Below are positions 48,860 to 61,100 of a stretch of 64,000 nt of DNA, in pieces. The translations under genes were made by a program, and so were the position numbers. The DNA comes from a virus. The DNA lies in IMG/VR virus record IMGVR_UViG_3300050132_000248, positions 32,001 to 96,000 of that record; one strand, written 5' to 3'. The stretch's first letter is position 1. Every line of letters begins with the position of its first letter. The notes beneath the pieces were generated by a model. That model did not search any database and was not told where the DNA came from. It saw only the letters and a list, made by a program, of their open reading frames with translations.

Positions 48860-51800
48860 TGAAAAAAGAAATATTAAAGATGGCTCACGTTAGATCGGAA
48901 GAGGCCTTCTATCGCAAATACCCTACTGAAGCTGCCTTCATGAAAGAGCATTCTAAAGAATTTAAAAAAGCTTTACGTGGTACTGCTATTAAGAAAGCAC
49001 AACAGGGTGCTAATCAATCTGCATACAATCAACAGAATGCAGGAATGAATGCTATGGCTGCAGGTGAATCTGAGGTTCAGGATGCTATTGCAAATTTGTC
49101 AACAGGAACTCCAAAGAAAACTGTAGGGCAAGATATTGAGAGTGTTACTAATGATATTCCTGTTGTTGGTGGACTTGTCAAGGATGTAGTGGGTATATTT
49201 GATGCAAGTAATGAAGCAAAGCAACAGAAGAGAGCTGGAGCATTAAGTGATCTTCAAGTGAAGGCAGCAATGTCTCAACCAAGACCACAGAATAGAAAAT
49301 ACAACAGACCTGACTTAGATGCTAATGTAGATGATGTTAATTCATTAACGCCAGCACAGGGAACAGGAACCAATCTACTTGGAAGAAATGGAATCATATT
49401 ATCCAGAGGAGGAGAAATTACAAATACATATGCTCCAAATGATATATACACAAATGGAGGATATAGTCCTCTTAGTGATGAAGATAGAATGAAAGCTTAT
49501 TATTATGGTGGACATATTCCTAAATCAGATGCTGGGAGTATTATAAGTAGTGTTCTTGGTAGTAGTGGAGGAAGTGGTGGTGGAGGAGGAATATTAGGTG
49601 GTCTTCTTGGCGGTGGAGGGGGTAGTACTACTACAGATACAACTACTCAGGATCCAGCTAATCGAGTGATTAGATATGTTCAAGCACAAGATGGAACTAC
49701 CACTACAGGTATATCCACTACATCTTTTGGAAATACATGGATTGGAAAAGTTCTTCAAGGTCAAAATGTTAACAGCAGTTTAATAAAGAATCCAACAGTT
49801 GCTAATAATGTTTCTCAAATAGGTCAAACTTTACAAACAGGTGTATCTGCTATCCCGGGAGGAGATAATAAAATGTCCAGCTCTATTAAAGGATTGGGAA
49901 ATACAGTAGGTAGTGCAATTCCTCTTCCGGGGGCAAGTGAAGCTCTTGGAATTGCAGGAAGTCTTATAGGAGATACTATAACGAATAATATGGGTGGAAC
50001 AAAAGCAATGGCAAGAGTACAAAGAAATAATGATCGACTCTCTGCCATATCAGCTTCTAAACTAATGCAAAGCAATCAGAATAAATATATGAGGACAGGT
50101 GGAAACCTGAGACAGAACTATTCTCCAGATATGGAAAGAAGTGGAGAGTTAACACCTCTCTGGGGAGGACATGCTGAACCTATCTCCTATAATCCTTATT
50201 CACCTAATGGAGGAGAAACTGTGATGTTCAGAGGAAAATCTCATGAAGAGTCTGCTGGTAATGGAAGAACAGGAATTGGTGTGAGATATGGAGAAGGAGC
50301 ACCACTACAGTCTTATCAGGATGGTGGTAATACCAATGCTAATGTAGAGGTGGAAAGAGGTGAACCTGCTATGCAGATGCCTGACAATACAGGAACTAGT
50401 AATCTGGTTGTCTTTGGTAATCTACCTATTCCAAATCAATTCATTAGTCAATTAGGAGATCCTAATGCAAAGGGAAAGAAATTCAAAAGCTATGTTGCTG
50501 ATTTGTCAAAACAGGAAGACAAACAGAATAAACTCATAAAGAATACAAGCAGTCAATTACAGGACTTGGATCCTAAGACACCATTTGATAAACTTAAATT
50601 CAATAGTCTTTCTCTTGCTCTCAATGGAGCCAATGATAAATTGAAAGACCTTGCACAGAAGAAACAGAATACTGCTCATTTACAACAGGCAATTAATGAC
50701 ACAGCAGAAGAACAGGGAATAGATGCTGATGCTCTTGCAAAAGGAAAAATACAAACAGCAAAGAAAGGAACTAAAGTTTCTAAAGCACAGTTAGGTAAGA
50801 ATGTAAAAACAGACCCTGAACTTGATGAAGGTGAAACCTATGAAGGATTAAGATCAAGTGAAAATAAACTTACAACAGACTTGGATAATATGCGAAGAAC
50901 AGATCCAAGACAATATGAACCAAAGGGTAGTGATAGATATAATCAATATAAAAATGAGTTTCTTGATAAGCAAACAGATTTGAATAGCCTAAGAGATAAG
51001 ATTATAAGAGTAGGAAGAAGACAGGATGCTGATAAAGAGGATTACACAAATGATACTTATGGTGGGGTTCCTGGTTCACAAACAGTAGCAAATGATCTTA
51101 ATCGTGTTAGAGATTTCTTTAATATTGTTCCTAGATCAGAGGCAGCAGTTAATATTAATTCTCGTAGAGGGCCTATTGTTTTAGGTAGAAACAATTCAGT
51201 AAGTAATAATTCAGGTATAGGTTTTCCTATAGGAGAGGGGAATGGATATGTACCTTCAGATGGATCAACAGTTTCTAATCCAACAGTTGTTTCTATACCA
51301 AATAGACAGAGTTATGCAGCAGCTCCTTCTGATGCACAATCAAAAAAAGCTTCTATAGAACAATCTATGAATCTTCGTACTATCCCAGATGTATCAGTTG
51401 CAAATATTGATCAAACTGATCCCATGCAATATCAGAGTGTGATACCAATGCAGTCACCTAGTGAGAGTTGGATTCATGATAAACAAGTAGGTTCATCTTA
51501 TGCACCAATAATGCCAATAGATTCTTCAGATTGGAATAATACTCATATGTCTAAGCTTGATTCTCAATCTGCAAAGAAACAGATTCCTCAATACTTTAAT
51601 CCTATTGGGAATTACCTACCAAGCAATAAAGAGCAATTGGATCCACGTCAGCTTACAGGAGAATATTATGCATTGTCTACTAATGATTTAGAACCTGTTC
51701 CTGCTCAACAATATCATCCTAATTTACTCACGCCTTACGAAATCTCAATGCAGGATATTCTGAATGAGAATACAGCAGCTACAAGAGGAGCCCAGAAATA

Positions 51801-52329
51801 TATGGGATACAATCCTGCAGCTCAGAGCAATTTAATGGCTCAACAATATGGTGCTAATGAGAAGGTGTTAGGAGATCAATTCAGGATTAATCAGGAAGAG
51901 AAAGATAAGGTATATGGACAAAATGTTAATACTCTTAATGATGCACAATTGAAGAATCTGGGTATTCTTGATCAGCAATATACAAGACAGGCACAGGCTC
52001 TCTCAAATACAAAGAGAACAGCACAGGATGCATTGTCTTCAATATCAGATAAATACCTACAGAATAAATTACAGAATGATACTAATGCTATTTACCAGAA
52101 CATGTATAACTACAGATATGACAGAAATGGTCATGCATGGAATATGAATGGTCCTGCTAATTTTAATATGCAGGGGAATGGTAACAATCAATCATCTGGT
52201 ATGGATGAACTAACTCCTGATGAACAACAGATTGCTATTTATCAAAATAGAATAGATGATCTAAAGAAAAAGAAGACTAAGGAACAGAGTAGGAATGGAT
52301 CAATTCTTAAAGCAATGCGAAATATATAA
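48859..52329 (+). CDS. virion cargo/ejection protein (1156 aa)
   Basis: Gly/Ala/Gln-rich; GKSHEE..GIGV..NVEVERGE domain; crAss-like position. Confidence 0.6.
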   Translation: MKKEILKMAHVRSEEAFYRKYPTEAAFMKEHSKEFKKALRGTAIKKAQQGANQSAYNQQNAGMNAMAAGESEVQDAIANLSTGTPKKTVGQDIESVTNDIPVVGGLVKDVVGIFDASNEAKQQKRAGALSDLQVKAAMSQPRPQNRKYNRPDLDANVDDVNSLTPAQGTGTNLLGRNGIILSRGGEITNTYAPNDIYTNGGYSPLSDEDRMKAYYYGGHIPKSDAGSIISSVLGSSGGSGGGGGILGGLLGGGGGSTTTDTTTQDPANRVIRYVQAQDGTTTTGISTTSFGNTWIGKVLQGQNVNSSLIKNPTVANNVSQIGQTLQTGVSAIPGGDNKMSSSIKGLGNTVGSAIPLPGASEALGIAGSLIGDTITNNMGGTKAMARVQRNNDRLSAISASKLMQSNQNKYMRTGGNLRQNYSPDMERSGELTPLWGGHAEPISYNPYSPNGGETVMFRGKSHEESAGNGRTGIGVRYGEGAPLQSYQDGGNTNANVEVERGEPAMQMPDNTGTSNLVVFGNLPIPNQFISQLGDPNAKGKKFKSYVADLSKQEDKQNKLIKNTSSQLQDLDPKTPFDKLKFNSLSLALNGANDKLKDLAQKKQNTAHLQQAINDTAEEQGIDADALAKGKIQTAKKGTKVSKAQLGKNVKTDPELDEGETYEGLRSSENKLTTDLDNMRRTDPRQYEPKGSDRYNQYKNEFLDKQTDLNSLRDKIIRVGRRQDADKEDYTNDTYGGVPGSQTVANDLNRVRDFFNIVPRSEAAVNINSRRGPIVLGRNNSVSNNSGIGFPIGEGNGYVPSDGSTVSNPTVVSIPNRQSYAAAPSDAQSKKASIEQSMNLRTIPDVSVANIDQTDPMQYQSVIPMQSPSESWIHDKQVGSSYAPIMPIDSSDWNNTHMSKLDSQSAKKQIPQYFNPIGNYLPSNKEQLDPRQLTGEYYALSTNDLEPVPAQQYHPNLLTPYEISMQDILNENTAATRGAQKYMGYNPAAQSNLMAQQYGANEKVLGDQFRINQEEKDKVYGQNVNTLNDAQLKNLGILDQQYTRQAQALSNTKRTAQDALSSISDKYLQNKLQNDTNAIYQNMYNYRYDRNGHAWNMNGPANFNMQGNGNNQSSGMDELTPDEQQIAIYQNRIDDLKKKKTKEQSRNGSILKAMRNI

Positions 52330-52347
52330 TTAAATTAGTGAAATGGA

Positions 52348-52401
52348 TTTAATCAAATTGATTAAAAATATTTCATTGTATAACTTTTTTTATTAAATTT
52401 G
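52348..52401 (+). promoter_or_regulatory. palindromic operator plus -7 promoter element
   Basis: TTTAATCA-AAT-TGATTAAA 52348..52366; TAAATTTG 52394..52401; ATG 52422. Confidence 0.6.
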
Positions 52402-52421
52402 TCACTCTAAAGAATATCACA

Positions 52422-55094
52422 ATGGCCTCGTGGACAGATAGTAATCAACCATCACAATTTACTCCCTACATTCAACAGATTCCTATTGAAGCAGAAACCC
52501 AAGTTGGGCAAACAAAGCAGGCTCAGTATGATCAGGGATATCAAAGGATTCAATCTCAGATAGATAAGGTTGCAGGACTCTCTGTTATGAGAGATGTTGA
52601 CAAGAATTATCTACAATCAAAGATGAATGAATTGGGAAATAATCTCAAGATGGTATCTATGGGAGATTTCTCCAATTATCAATTAGTGAATTCTGTTGGA
52701 GGAATGGTTAATCAGGTAGGGAATGATCCTTATGTACAAGCTGCTGTAGAATCCACAGCAAAGATTAGTAATGAAATGAGTGCAATGAAGACTGCTCGTG
52801 CTGCTGGAAAGTCTGATGCAAACAATGAAGAGTATTTCAATGAGAAGGTGTTAGCTCCCTACATGAATGCAGGACTGAAAGATAGTAATGGAGATCCTGT
52901 TTCTTTCAACGGAAACTATACACCATATGTAGACATTACCAGTGAGGTACAGAAACTTGCAAAGGATGCAGGGGTAGATGATAATGTATTACAACAGATG
53001 TATGTCACTGATGCAAATGGTAAGATAATGTTTGATAAGCAAGGTAATGCCATCCCTGCAAGAACAATGACACAGGTAGAAAACTCTTCTAATGCAAAAG
53101 CTCTACAAGGCATTATGACCACTGTCCTATCCAGAGGAGATGTTCAAAATCAAATGAGTATAGATGCTTGGGCTAATACAAGAGGACAGGATCCAAATGC
53201 TCTTCTTGCTGGATATAAACAAGACTATAATGACAGGTTTAATGCAATTGATGATCAGATTGTTAAATGGAATACCTTATTAGCAGGGAATGTAAGTGAT
53301 GATCAAAAAGCCGATCTCCAGAATAATATAAAACAATTAACAGATAGCAAAGCCAAATATCAGAATCAGCTTAAACAATTAACAGCTCTTGCTCAAAGTA
53401 ATCCAGATGCATTTAAGGAACAAATCTATAAGAACAATTATGAGAACAGCTTGATGGACATGTTTCTTAAAACAAAGAAAGAAGAGAAGAATCTTGAAAG
53501 CCCCATCACTAAACAAATGGATTGGGAAGCTGATTATAAACTTAAGTCTGAAATGGAGAGAGCTAATCTTGCTGTCGCTCAAGGACATCTTGCATTAGAT
53601 AAAGAAATATTTTCTGCTGAATGGATTAAGAATCCTGATGGTACTTATACCAAGAATACTGCAACAGGAAAACCCGGAGATGGAGGTGAATTTACTGGTC
53701 ATAATCCACAAGAAACAAAAGTAGCTGCTGTTCAAAATGCTAATGATATAAACTCTCTTAAACAGAAAAGTGATGACATTGGTTTATCTTTAATGTATGA
53801 TATATATACGAGAGCTCCAAATATGCCAAAACAGACTATGGAACAGTTTACAGAGTCTATTAATCAAAAAGCGAAAGCTGAAGGTATATCTCCAGAGGAT
53901 GAAGTATATTCATTTTTGAAGGATGCTGACAATCATGCAAAACTAATGGGAGTTCAATTAAGTGGTAGAGATAGAGGAACATTAGGGGCATATATTAATA
54001 CTCATGATGATTATACAAATAGACTGGCTATTACTAGTCAGGTGAGAGACGAGTCTTATAAACATGCTGGTATTAATATTGATGATTATACATCTGCTTT
54101 ATTGCCAGTAAGTTTCGTGAGACCAGATGGAACTACAGAAAGTTATAGTAAAGAGGATATATTCAATGCAGTAGTAAATAAAAACACTGATGTTCTTAAC
54201 AGAATAGATGAAGGATTAAAAGATAAATATGGAGCTGGAACATCTGTTGGTCTTCCTTTTGGAACTGGGTCTCCACCTCCTACATCAACTTATGCATATC
54301 GTGGGCCAGAAGGAATGGCTATACAAGAACTTAGAAATAAATTTGGGACTGATGGTAAACTGAAATCAGCATCAGAGGAACAAGAGAAAGAGTTTCAGAA
54401 GTTTATACCTACTGATGATGTTATTACATTACCACCAGATGCAAAGAAAGAAGATAGAGAAGCAGTAAAACAAAGACTTGCTGCTTTACTGCAAGGATCA
54501 CAAAAAGGTGATCTTACTGGAGATAATTATAATCCTGAAGCAATGATATCAGCTCTTGGTGATGAGAAGAGTGTGGTTAGTTATAATATACATAAACCAT
54601 TTACAACAGGAGCTCCCACTACAGGAACTGCTCATGTAAGTCTTGGAAAAACCACTTATAATGTTGATATAAATAATCAGTCTAATCTTGAAACTGCTAC
54701 TGGAAAAAAGTTTGAGGGATATAATTTTAACAGTTATTATGCAAGAGCTATTACTAATAAGAGTTATTCAACTAATCTAGGTGCTGACCCAACTGAGAAG
54801 GATGCTTATAAAACATGTATGATTAATCCAAGCAATCCAGAATACGCAGGGGTATTAAGTCAACTTCAAAACTCTAAGAGATATATTCCTCTTGGAGCAG
54901 ATCTTAAATTAGCATATGGAGATAAGAATTGGAATACTTTTGTTTATCTATATGATAAGCAGATAGGAGATGTAAGATATGTTGAATTAGATCATCCTTA
55001 TCCTCTTGGAAGTGAAAATCAGATAATAAATCATTTGAGCACACAACTTGATGATGCTCAGGTTAATAAGATACTTGAAGACAGAAAAAAATAA
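52422..55094 (+). CDS. virion cargo/ejection protein (890 aa)
   Basis: Helical N-half (FTPYIQQIP..Q.QYDQ); precedes the giant ORF. Confidence 0.6.
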   Translation: MASWTDSNQPSQFTPYIQQIPIEAETQVGQTKQAQYDQGYQRIQSQIDKVAGLSVMRDVDKNYLQSKMNELGNNLKMVSMGDFSNYQLVNSVGGMVNQVGNDPYVQAAVESTAKISNEMSAMKTARAAGKSDANNEEYFNEKVLAPYMNAGLKDSNGDPVSFNGNYTPYVDITSEVQKLAKDAGVDDNVLQQMYVTDANGKIMFDKQGNAIPARTMTQVENSSNAKALQGIMTTVLSRGDVQNQMSIDAWANTRGQDPNALLAGYKQDYNDRFNAIDDQIVKWNTLLAGNVSDDQKADLQNNIKQLTDSKAKYQNQLKQLTALAQSNPDAFKEQIYKNNYENSLMDMFLKTKKEEKNLESPITKQMDWEADYKLKSEMERANLAVAQGHLALDKEIFSAEWIKNPDGTYTKNTATGKPGDGGEFTGHNPQETKVAAVQNANDINSLKQKSDDIGLSLMYDIYTRAPNMPKQTMEQFTESINQKAKAEGISPEDEVYSFLKDADNHAKLMGVQLSGRDRGTLGAYINTHDDYTNRLAITSQVRDESYKHAGINIDDYTSALLPVSFVRPDGTTESYSKEDIFNAVVNKNTDVLNRIDEGLKDKYGAGTSVGLPFGTGSPPPTSTYAYRGPEGMAIQELRNKFGTDGKLKSASEEQEKEFQKFIPTDDVITLPPDAKKEDREAVKQRLAALLQGSQKGDLTGDNYNPEAMISALGDEKSVVSYNIHKPFTTGAPTTGTAHVSLGKTTYNVDINNQSNLETATGKKFEGYNFNSYYARAITNKSYSTNLGADPTEKDAYKTCMINPSNPEYAGVLSQLQNSKRYIPLGADLKLAYGDKNWNTFVYLYDKQIGDVRYVELDHPYPLGSENQIINHLSTQLDDAQVNKILEDRKK

Positions 55095-55100
55095 TAAGTA

Positions 55101-58100
55101 ATGCAAGATGAACCTATTGTAAATCTATCAGGAGCACCTGATTATTCTGTGAAGGGAACAGCTATTTCTCCTCCAGCAGATCCTACATATACACCCTTGA
55201 ATGATCCTAATCCTTTTCCCAATGAGTTGAAGAATAAACCTATAGGTGGATCTGATATAACAATGGCTGAAGCTGCTCAGTATAATCCCAGTAAGCTTTC
55301 TGGTGGTATTATGTATGGAGAGACTAGTGAGAATACTCGTGCTCAGAATCAGAGTGCCATAAGTAGAATAGGAAATGCTGGAATTAATCTTGTAAATAAA
55401 ACAGGGGCATATATTATTCAGAATGCAGGATTTATTGGAGGAGCTGCATTTTCGGCATTAGGAGGACTTGTCAATTATGGAAATGAAGCTCTTGGAGGAG
55501 AGGGGAAGATAGTAGCAAATGGAAATGCTGTTTCATTAATGAGTGATAATTTTCTTACACAAATTGGTGATGCATGGAAGGAAGCTGTACAGGAAGCAAA
55601 TCCTATATATAAAACAGATAAATATACAAATGGAAACATTTGGCAGAAGCTTGCTACTACAAGTTGGTGGTTGGATGATGCAATAGACAGAGCTGCTCTT
55701 ACAGGAGCTATGCTTATTCCGGGAATGTTAGAATCAAAAGGATTATTCGGAGTTGCTGGATTAGCTATGAGAGAAGGAGGAGCAATAGAAGCATCTGGTA
55801 TGATTCCTAAGGTAGCTAAATATCTTGCAGATAATCCTAAGATGTATGGAACAATAGGAAGAGCTTTAGGCAGTGATGTATATGAGGCTGCTGCTACAGG
55901 TGTTGTTGATGAAAGCACAGCAGCAGGTTTGGCTTTTAAGAAGGCTGTTCAAACAGCTCAGAATTTAGAAATCACAAGTTTTAATGTAATAGGACAGAAT
56001 GCTTTAAATGGAAGAGAGTCTCAAACAGCTATTGTCAAATCCTTAAATGAACAAAGAGACAAGGGATTAAATACTTATACAGATGATGAAATAAAGGATA
56101 TGGCAGCTGAAGGAGCAAAAGCATCCTTTTGGTATAATATGCCATTGACATTATTATCCTCTATGTGGGAAATGCCTCAGGTATTTGCATCATTTAAAGG
56201 AGCTACAAATCTTTTAAAGAAAATTACAGGAGCACAAACATCAGAAGAATTAGAACAGGGAATAACAGGCGCTATAGGAAAGTCATCAGCACCTTCTTTT
56301 TGGAATCTTGCATGGAAAGCCCCAATTACAGCTTTAGAACATGGGCAGTTAGAAAGCTCACAGGTTGCTATTGGTAGATATGTTGAAGAAGCTATTGCTG
56401 GAAAGATGGTTGATGGGCATCTTGAAAAGAAAGGACAAGGTGAAGCATTTAATCCTTGGAATATAAGTGATGCTATGACAGGATCTTTTGGAGAGTATAT
56501 TAATAACTTTCATGATCCCAATGGAGAAAATAATATTGCTCTTGGTACTATCCAAGGTTTATTGACAACTATCTTTGGTAGAGCCTTTAAAGGATTTACA
56601 GGAGAATATTCCAAGCAGGATAAAGCTAATGATAATCTATTAAAAGGAATGAATGAAGCTCTCGCAAGCAGGAGACTGTTCAATCCTATTAGTGATATGG
56701 TAGAGACAGATAAGGAAGGAAACATTGTAACTGTTAAGGGAGACGATGGAAAGCAACATGTTAAATTAGATCAAGATAAACTTGCACAACTTGGTGTCAG
56801 TTATGTAGATGCTATTAAGAATTACGAAGACAGACTTAAATATATTGCCAATGGAGATAAGGTGTCTGTTGATATGATGAACTTCAATTCGTTAAAAGCA
56901 TTGGCTGCTAATTTCTTTCAGGATGCCCATGGAAAAGAGTATTTAAAAAATGTGTTAAGATGGGAAGCAAAACAACAGAATCAAAACCCAGAGAGACAGA
57001 ATGATGTAACAGGAACCGAAGAAGAAACTCCTGATGTTAAATTACAAGAGAATCTTGAGTATGTAGATCATTTATATAAAATCTATAATGCTATTGATCA
57101 ACGTCATGCAGGCTTTCTTAATTTAGATGTTAATTACAAAGATAAAACTGAAGCTGCTCTTGCTCAAGTATTTACAGAGAAATATAAAACTCTTCAATAT
57201 AATAATGGAGCAGATCAAGTGTTCTATAATAATCAAATAGCTAAGAACAATACTGAACTTGGAGGTATTACTGAAAAATCAACAGATGATGGTGTAGTAG
57301 CTCAAAGGAATAATAATTTATTAGATCAGAATGAAATATTAAACAACAAACTTGATATATCAAAACAAGAATATAAGAACTCAATAGATAGAGATTTAAT
57401 TAATCAAGCATGGACAGAGGAGAAAGCTCATTATCAAGATATTAAGAATACAATTGAAAAAATAAAACAGGATGCTATTGATGAATCAACAGAGAGTAAA
57501 TCTGTAACAAAGATTCCAATCAATACTAAATATGGGGAGAGACAGATTGAAACCAATACTGACTATGTTGTAGGAAAGGTAATTGATAAAGATGAACAGG
57601 GGAATGATGTATTTAGTGCTCCTATTATCAGAGTGTTGGGAAAGAATGAAGATGGAACAATCAAAATACAATATAACAATAATAAAGGACAATGGGTAAA
57701 CAGTGATATCAGTGAAGATCATCTTGATAATTATAGTCTTACTAAACGTTCTGATTTACAGAAGAATAAGAAAGCCAATTATGTTTTTGAGCATTGGAAT
57801 ACAATGTTTCAACATTGGGGAATAAAAGATAATAAAGGAAATCCTGTTACAGGAAGGCTTGAATATAATCAAGCTAAGAACCAAATTCTTTTCAAATATA
57901 TTGATGACAAAGGAAAAGAAAGAAGAAGAGAAATAATAGGAAGAAATGTTGTAACACAGGATGGATATAATCATCCTATGCTTCAAGCTGTTGGAGAATT
58001 AAAAGCTTCTCAGAAACAAGCAACAGATGAATTTGCAAAAACTCCTACATCTCTCTCTGACAAATTGACACTTAGGAATAATGTAATTGCTTCTCTCTAT

Positions 58101-61100
58101 GAGAATGGAGTTGCCCGTATTGAACAGATTAAGAAAACCCTTGAGACAAATAAAGAAAGTCTTTCCAAATATGAAGAAACTCTTAAGGAGGAAACAACAA
58201 AACTTGAGAAAGAGACAACAAGGAAAAGAGTTATTAAGAAACAGGTTAGAGCAGTTGAAGCAAGTATAAAGAATCTTACGGATCTACATGAGAGAATTGA
58301 GAAGGAAAATATAGAACTTCAGAATGAGAAAGAAGAAATTGAATACAACCTTCCTATATTCGAGGAATTACTTAACAGTATTGATTCATCTGCTGAAGAA
58401 TCAAAAGATATTTTACAACAGCTTAAAGATGATGTTGATAATTCCGAAAAGCTGATTGATGTTATTTCAAAGCAATTGAAAGCTAATAAAGCTCTTACTG
58501 ATCAAATACAAAAAGTTCTTTCTGAGAATCTATCCATTTTAAAAGATTATATAAAAAGACTGCAGGAAGGGAATCCTAATCTTCCTCTCTCCATAGATGA
58601 ATTTCAGGATAATATAGAGAAGTATCTTGGGGAAGAAGGGGCAAAACAACTTATTGCTGAGAGAGGAGGATTTACAGAACAAGTAATGGCATTGGAAAAT
58701 GATATACTTGATTTTGAAGAGGAACTTAATATTCCTTCTCTTTCAAAAGAGGTAGTTACCCTTCAAAAGGAAGCTACCGTTCTTAATGAACAACTTGATG
58801 ATGCTATAAAACTTCAAATGGCTAAGGATAAAATCTATGAGGCATTCAAAGAGTTTGTTGATAAACTTGCTCAGGAGGAGAAAGAAGAACAAGAATTTGA
58901 GAAAAATGAGGAATTGAAGAAACAATATATTGGCACAATGGATGATAGTATGCAGAATGTACTTAGTGAAATACATTATGAACCTGCATCAAAGAAATCC
59001 TTCTGGTCAGTAATTCGTGGAACAAGACCTTTCACTCTAAGTAAGAGACAAATAGAAAGAGGAGAGGAAGAGAAACCTCATAATGTAAGAGCTAATAGGT
59101 TTGGATTTAAATTTTCTAAATTCAGTGAAGAGAAACAAGCAGCAATCAGAGGAATAGTAGTTACCCAGAATACTCAAAATGATATTCTTCCCGGACTTAC
59201 TGATTTTCTCATGAAGGATGCTACTCCAGAACAATTAAGAAAATATAAGAAGGAAGAGATTATTGCACTTGCCATGGTGCAGATGAATGACGATGGACAA
59301 ACATACTCTCTTGTAGATGAAAATGGAGATGTCATTCCAGAGAAAGATGAAACTGGTAATACTGTTAATCCTCTTGATAGAGCAATCTTCCAGACCTTCC
59401 CTATGAGGGATTTAAAAGGTTTTTATAAGAGTAAAGATGCTGTAGATGATGAAGACATGGAAGAACAAACCATGTTCAGAGATGATGTTCCAGAGAAGAA
59501 GAGACTTGCTGCAGAAGAACAATATCAGAAATGGAGAGATGCCACTTTACAGAAAACAACATTGGATCCTCCTGAAAAAATAAAGGTATCTTTTGGTATT
59601 CCTGAACTTGCAAAAAGAACTGATGAAAAAGGAAATTTAGTACCAGATAAGGGAGCAAGAACCTCTGCAAAGAAAGCAGGTTTTGTATCAGATGAAGATT
59701 TAGACTCCCATCAGGTAATTACTGTTTCTACAGAGGATGAAGCTAATGAAGGAGAGGTTACATTTAATAATAGTAAGGGAAGAGTATTCTTAAGAGTTCC
59801 AGGGCAAGGACTTGTAAAACTTTTTAATAGAAAATTTTCTGATGTAGAAGCTAATACAATATTTGATGTTATTCAACAGATATGTAAAAATGGTGCAAAG
59901 AAAGGACAGATAACTCCTGAGACCAATCTACTTATCAATTGGCTTAAGACAGTTGTATATTGGGGAATAGCAAAAGATCCAAATACAAATGAAAGAAAAG
60001 CCGCAGGATATAATAATATATGGTTTGAAACAACAAAAGAAGAAGGAAAGCCAGTAACTAGACTTTACATCTCTGGAATCACTAAAGATAAGAGTCAGGC
60101 TTTCATGTTTACACCAACAGGATTACAGGAGAGTAAGTATGAGATTGTTTCTCTCCTTCAGAACCTATATCATAATACATTTGCCACAAAGGTAAATCAG
60201 GATAGTTGGCAGAACAAATATTATGAAATCAAAGGAATAGATAAAGAGGGCAATCCTATAACAGAGGAATGGCCAAATTATCAAACCTATTTACTTTCTG
60301 ATAAGTCAGTAAAGGATGGAAAGCTTAGTGGAGAAAGGAATGAAAAAGAAATTCCATTAGTAACTCAATATAAACCAATAACTAATGAGAATGATGTAAA
60401 TAGAAAGAGTATTTATTTCACATTAAACTCTCCTACAAGCGATTATAATTTTGAAGCAGAAGAACAGAAAGCAGAAACACCAAAGACAAAGAAAGAAGCT
60501 AAGAAACCAGCAACAGAAGAATCAAAAACCAAAACAAAGAAAGAAGAGACAGCTTATAAACCTGCTCTATTGAAACTTGATGGTTCAGATGAAATGATTC
60601 ACTTTGATTCATTTGGTGGATTTGATATGATGTTTAAACTTAATGCTAAAACTTCTAAAGAAAAAGGAACTATTGATTCCATCTCTTATCCTCAGAAAGC
60701 TCTTGATGCATTACAGAATCAAGGAAAGACATTAGATCAAGCAAAAGCAGAGCTTAAGAATGCTCTTCTTGCTAAATTGAAAGATCAACTTAATCTGGCT
60801 AATGTTCCTAAAGCAGCACCTATAGCAGATGCTCTTCCAGTTGCTGAAAAAACTGAAGTAAAAGAGAATAATATTGAGCAAAAGAAAAAAGATATAGAAA
60901 AAAGAATTCCTGCTTATGTTGACTTTAGTAAAGGAAAAACAAATAGTCTAAATACATTTAGAAATGAAGCAAGAAGAAAGTGGGAAGGCATTGAAGAAGA
61001 TGTTATTACTGGAGGTAGACTTCTTAACTTACAAACAGGAATAAATTTCTTAGCAGAAGCTTTTCCAGAATTTTCAAATCTTAAAGACATGTTCTTTAAG

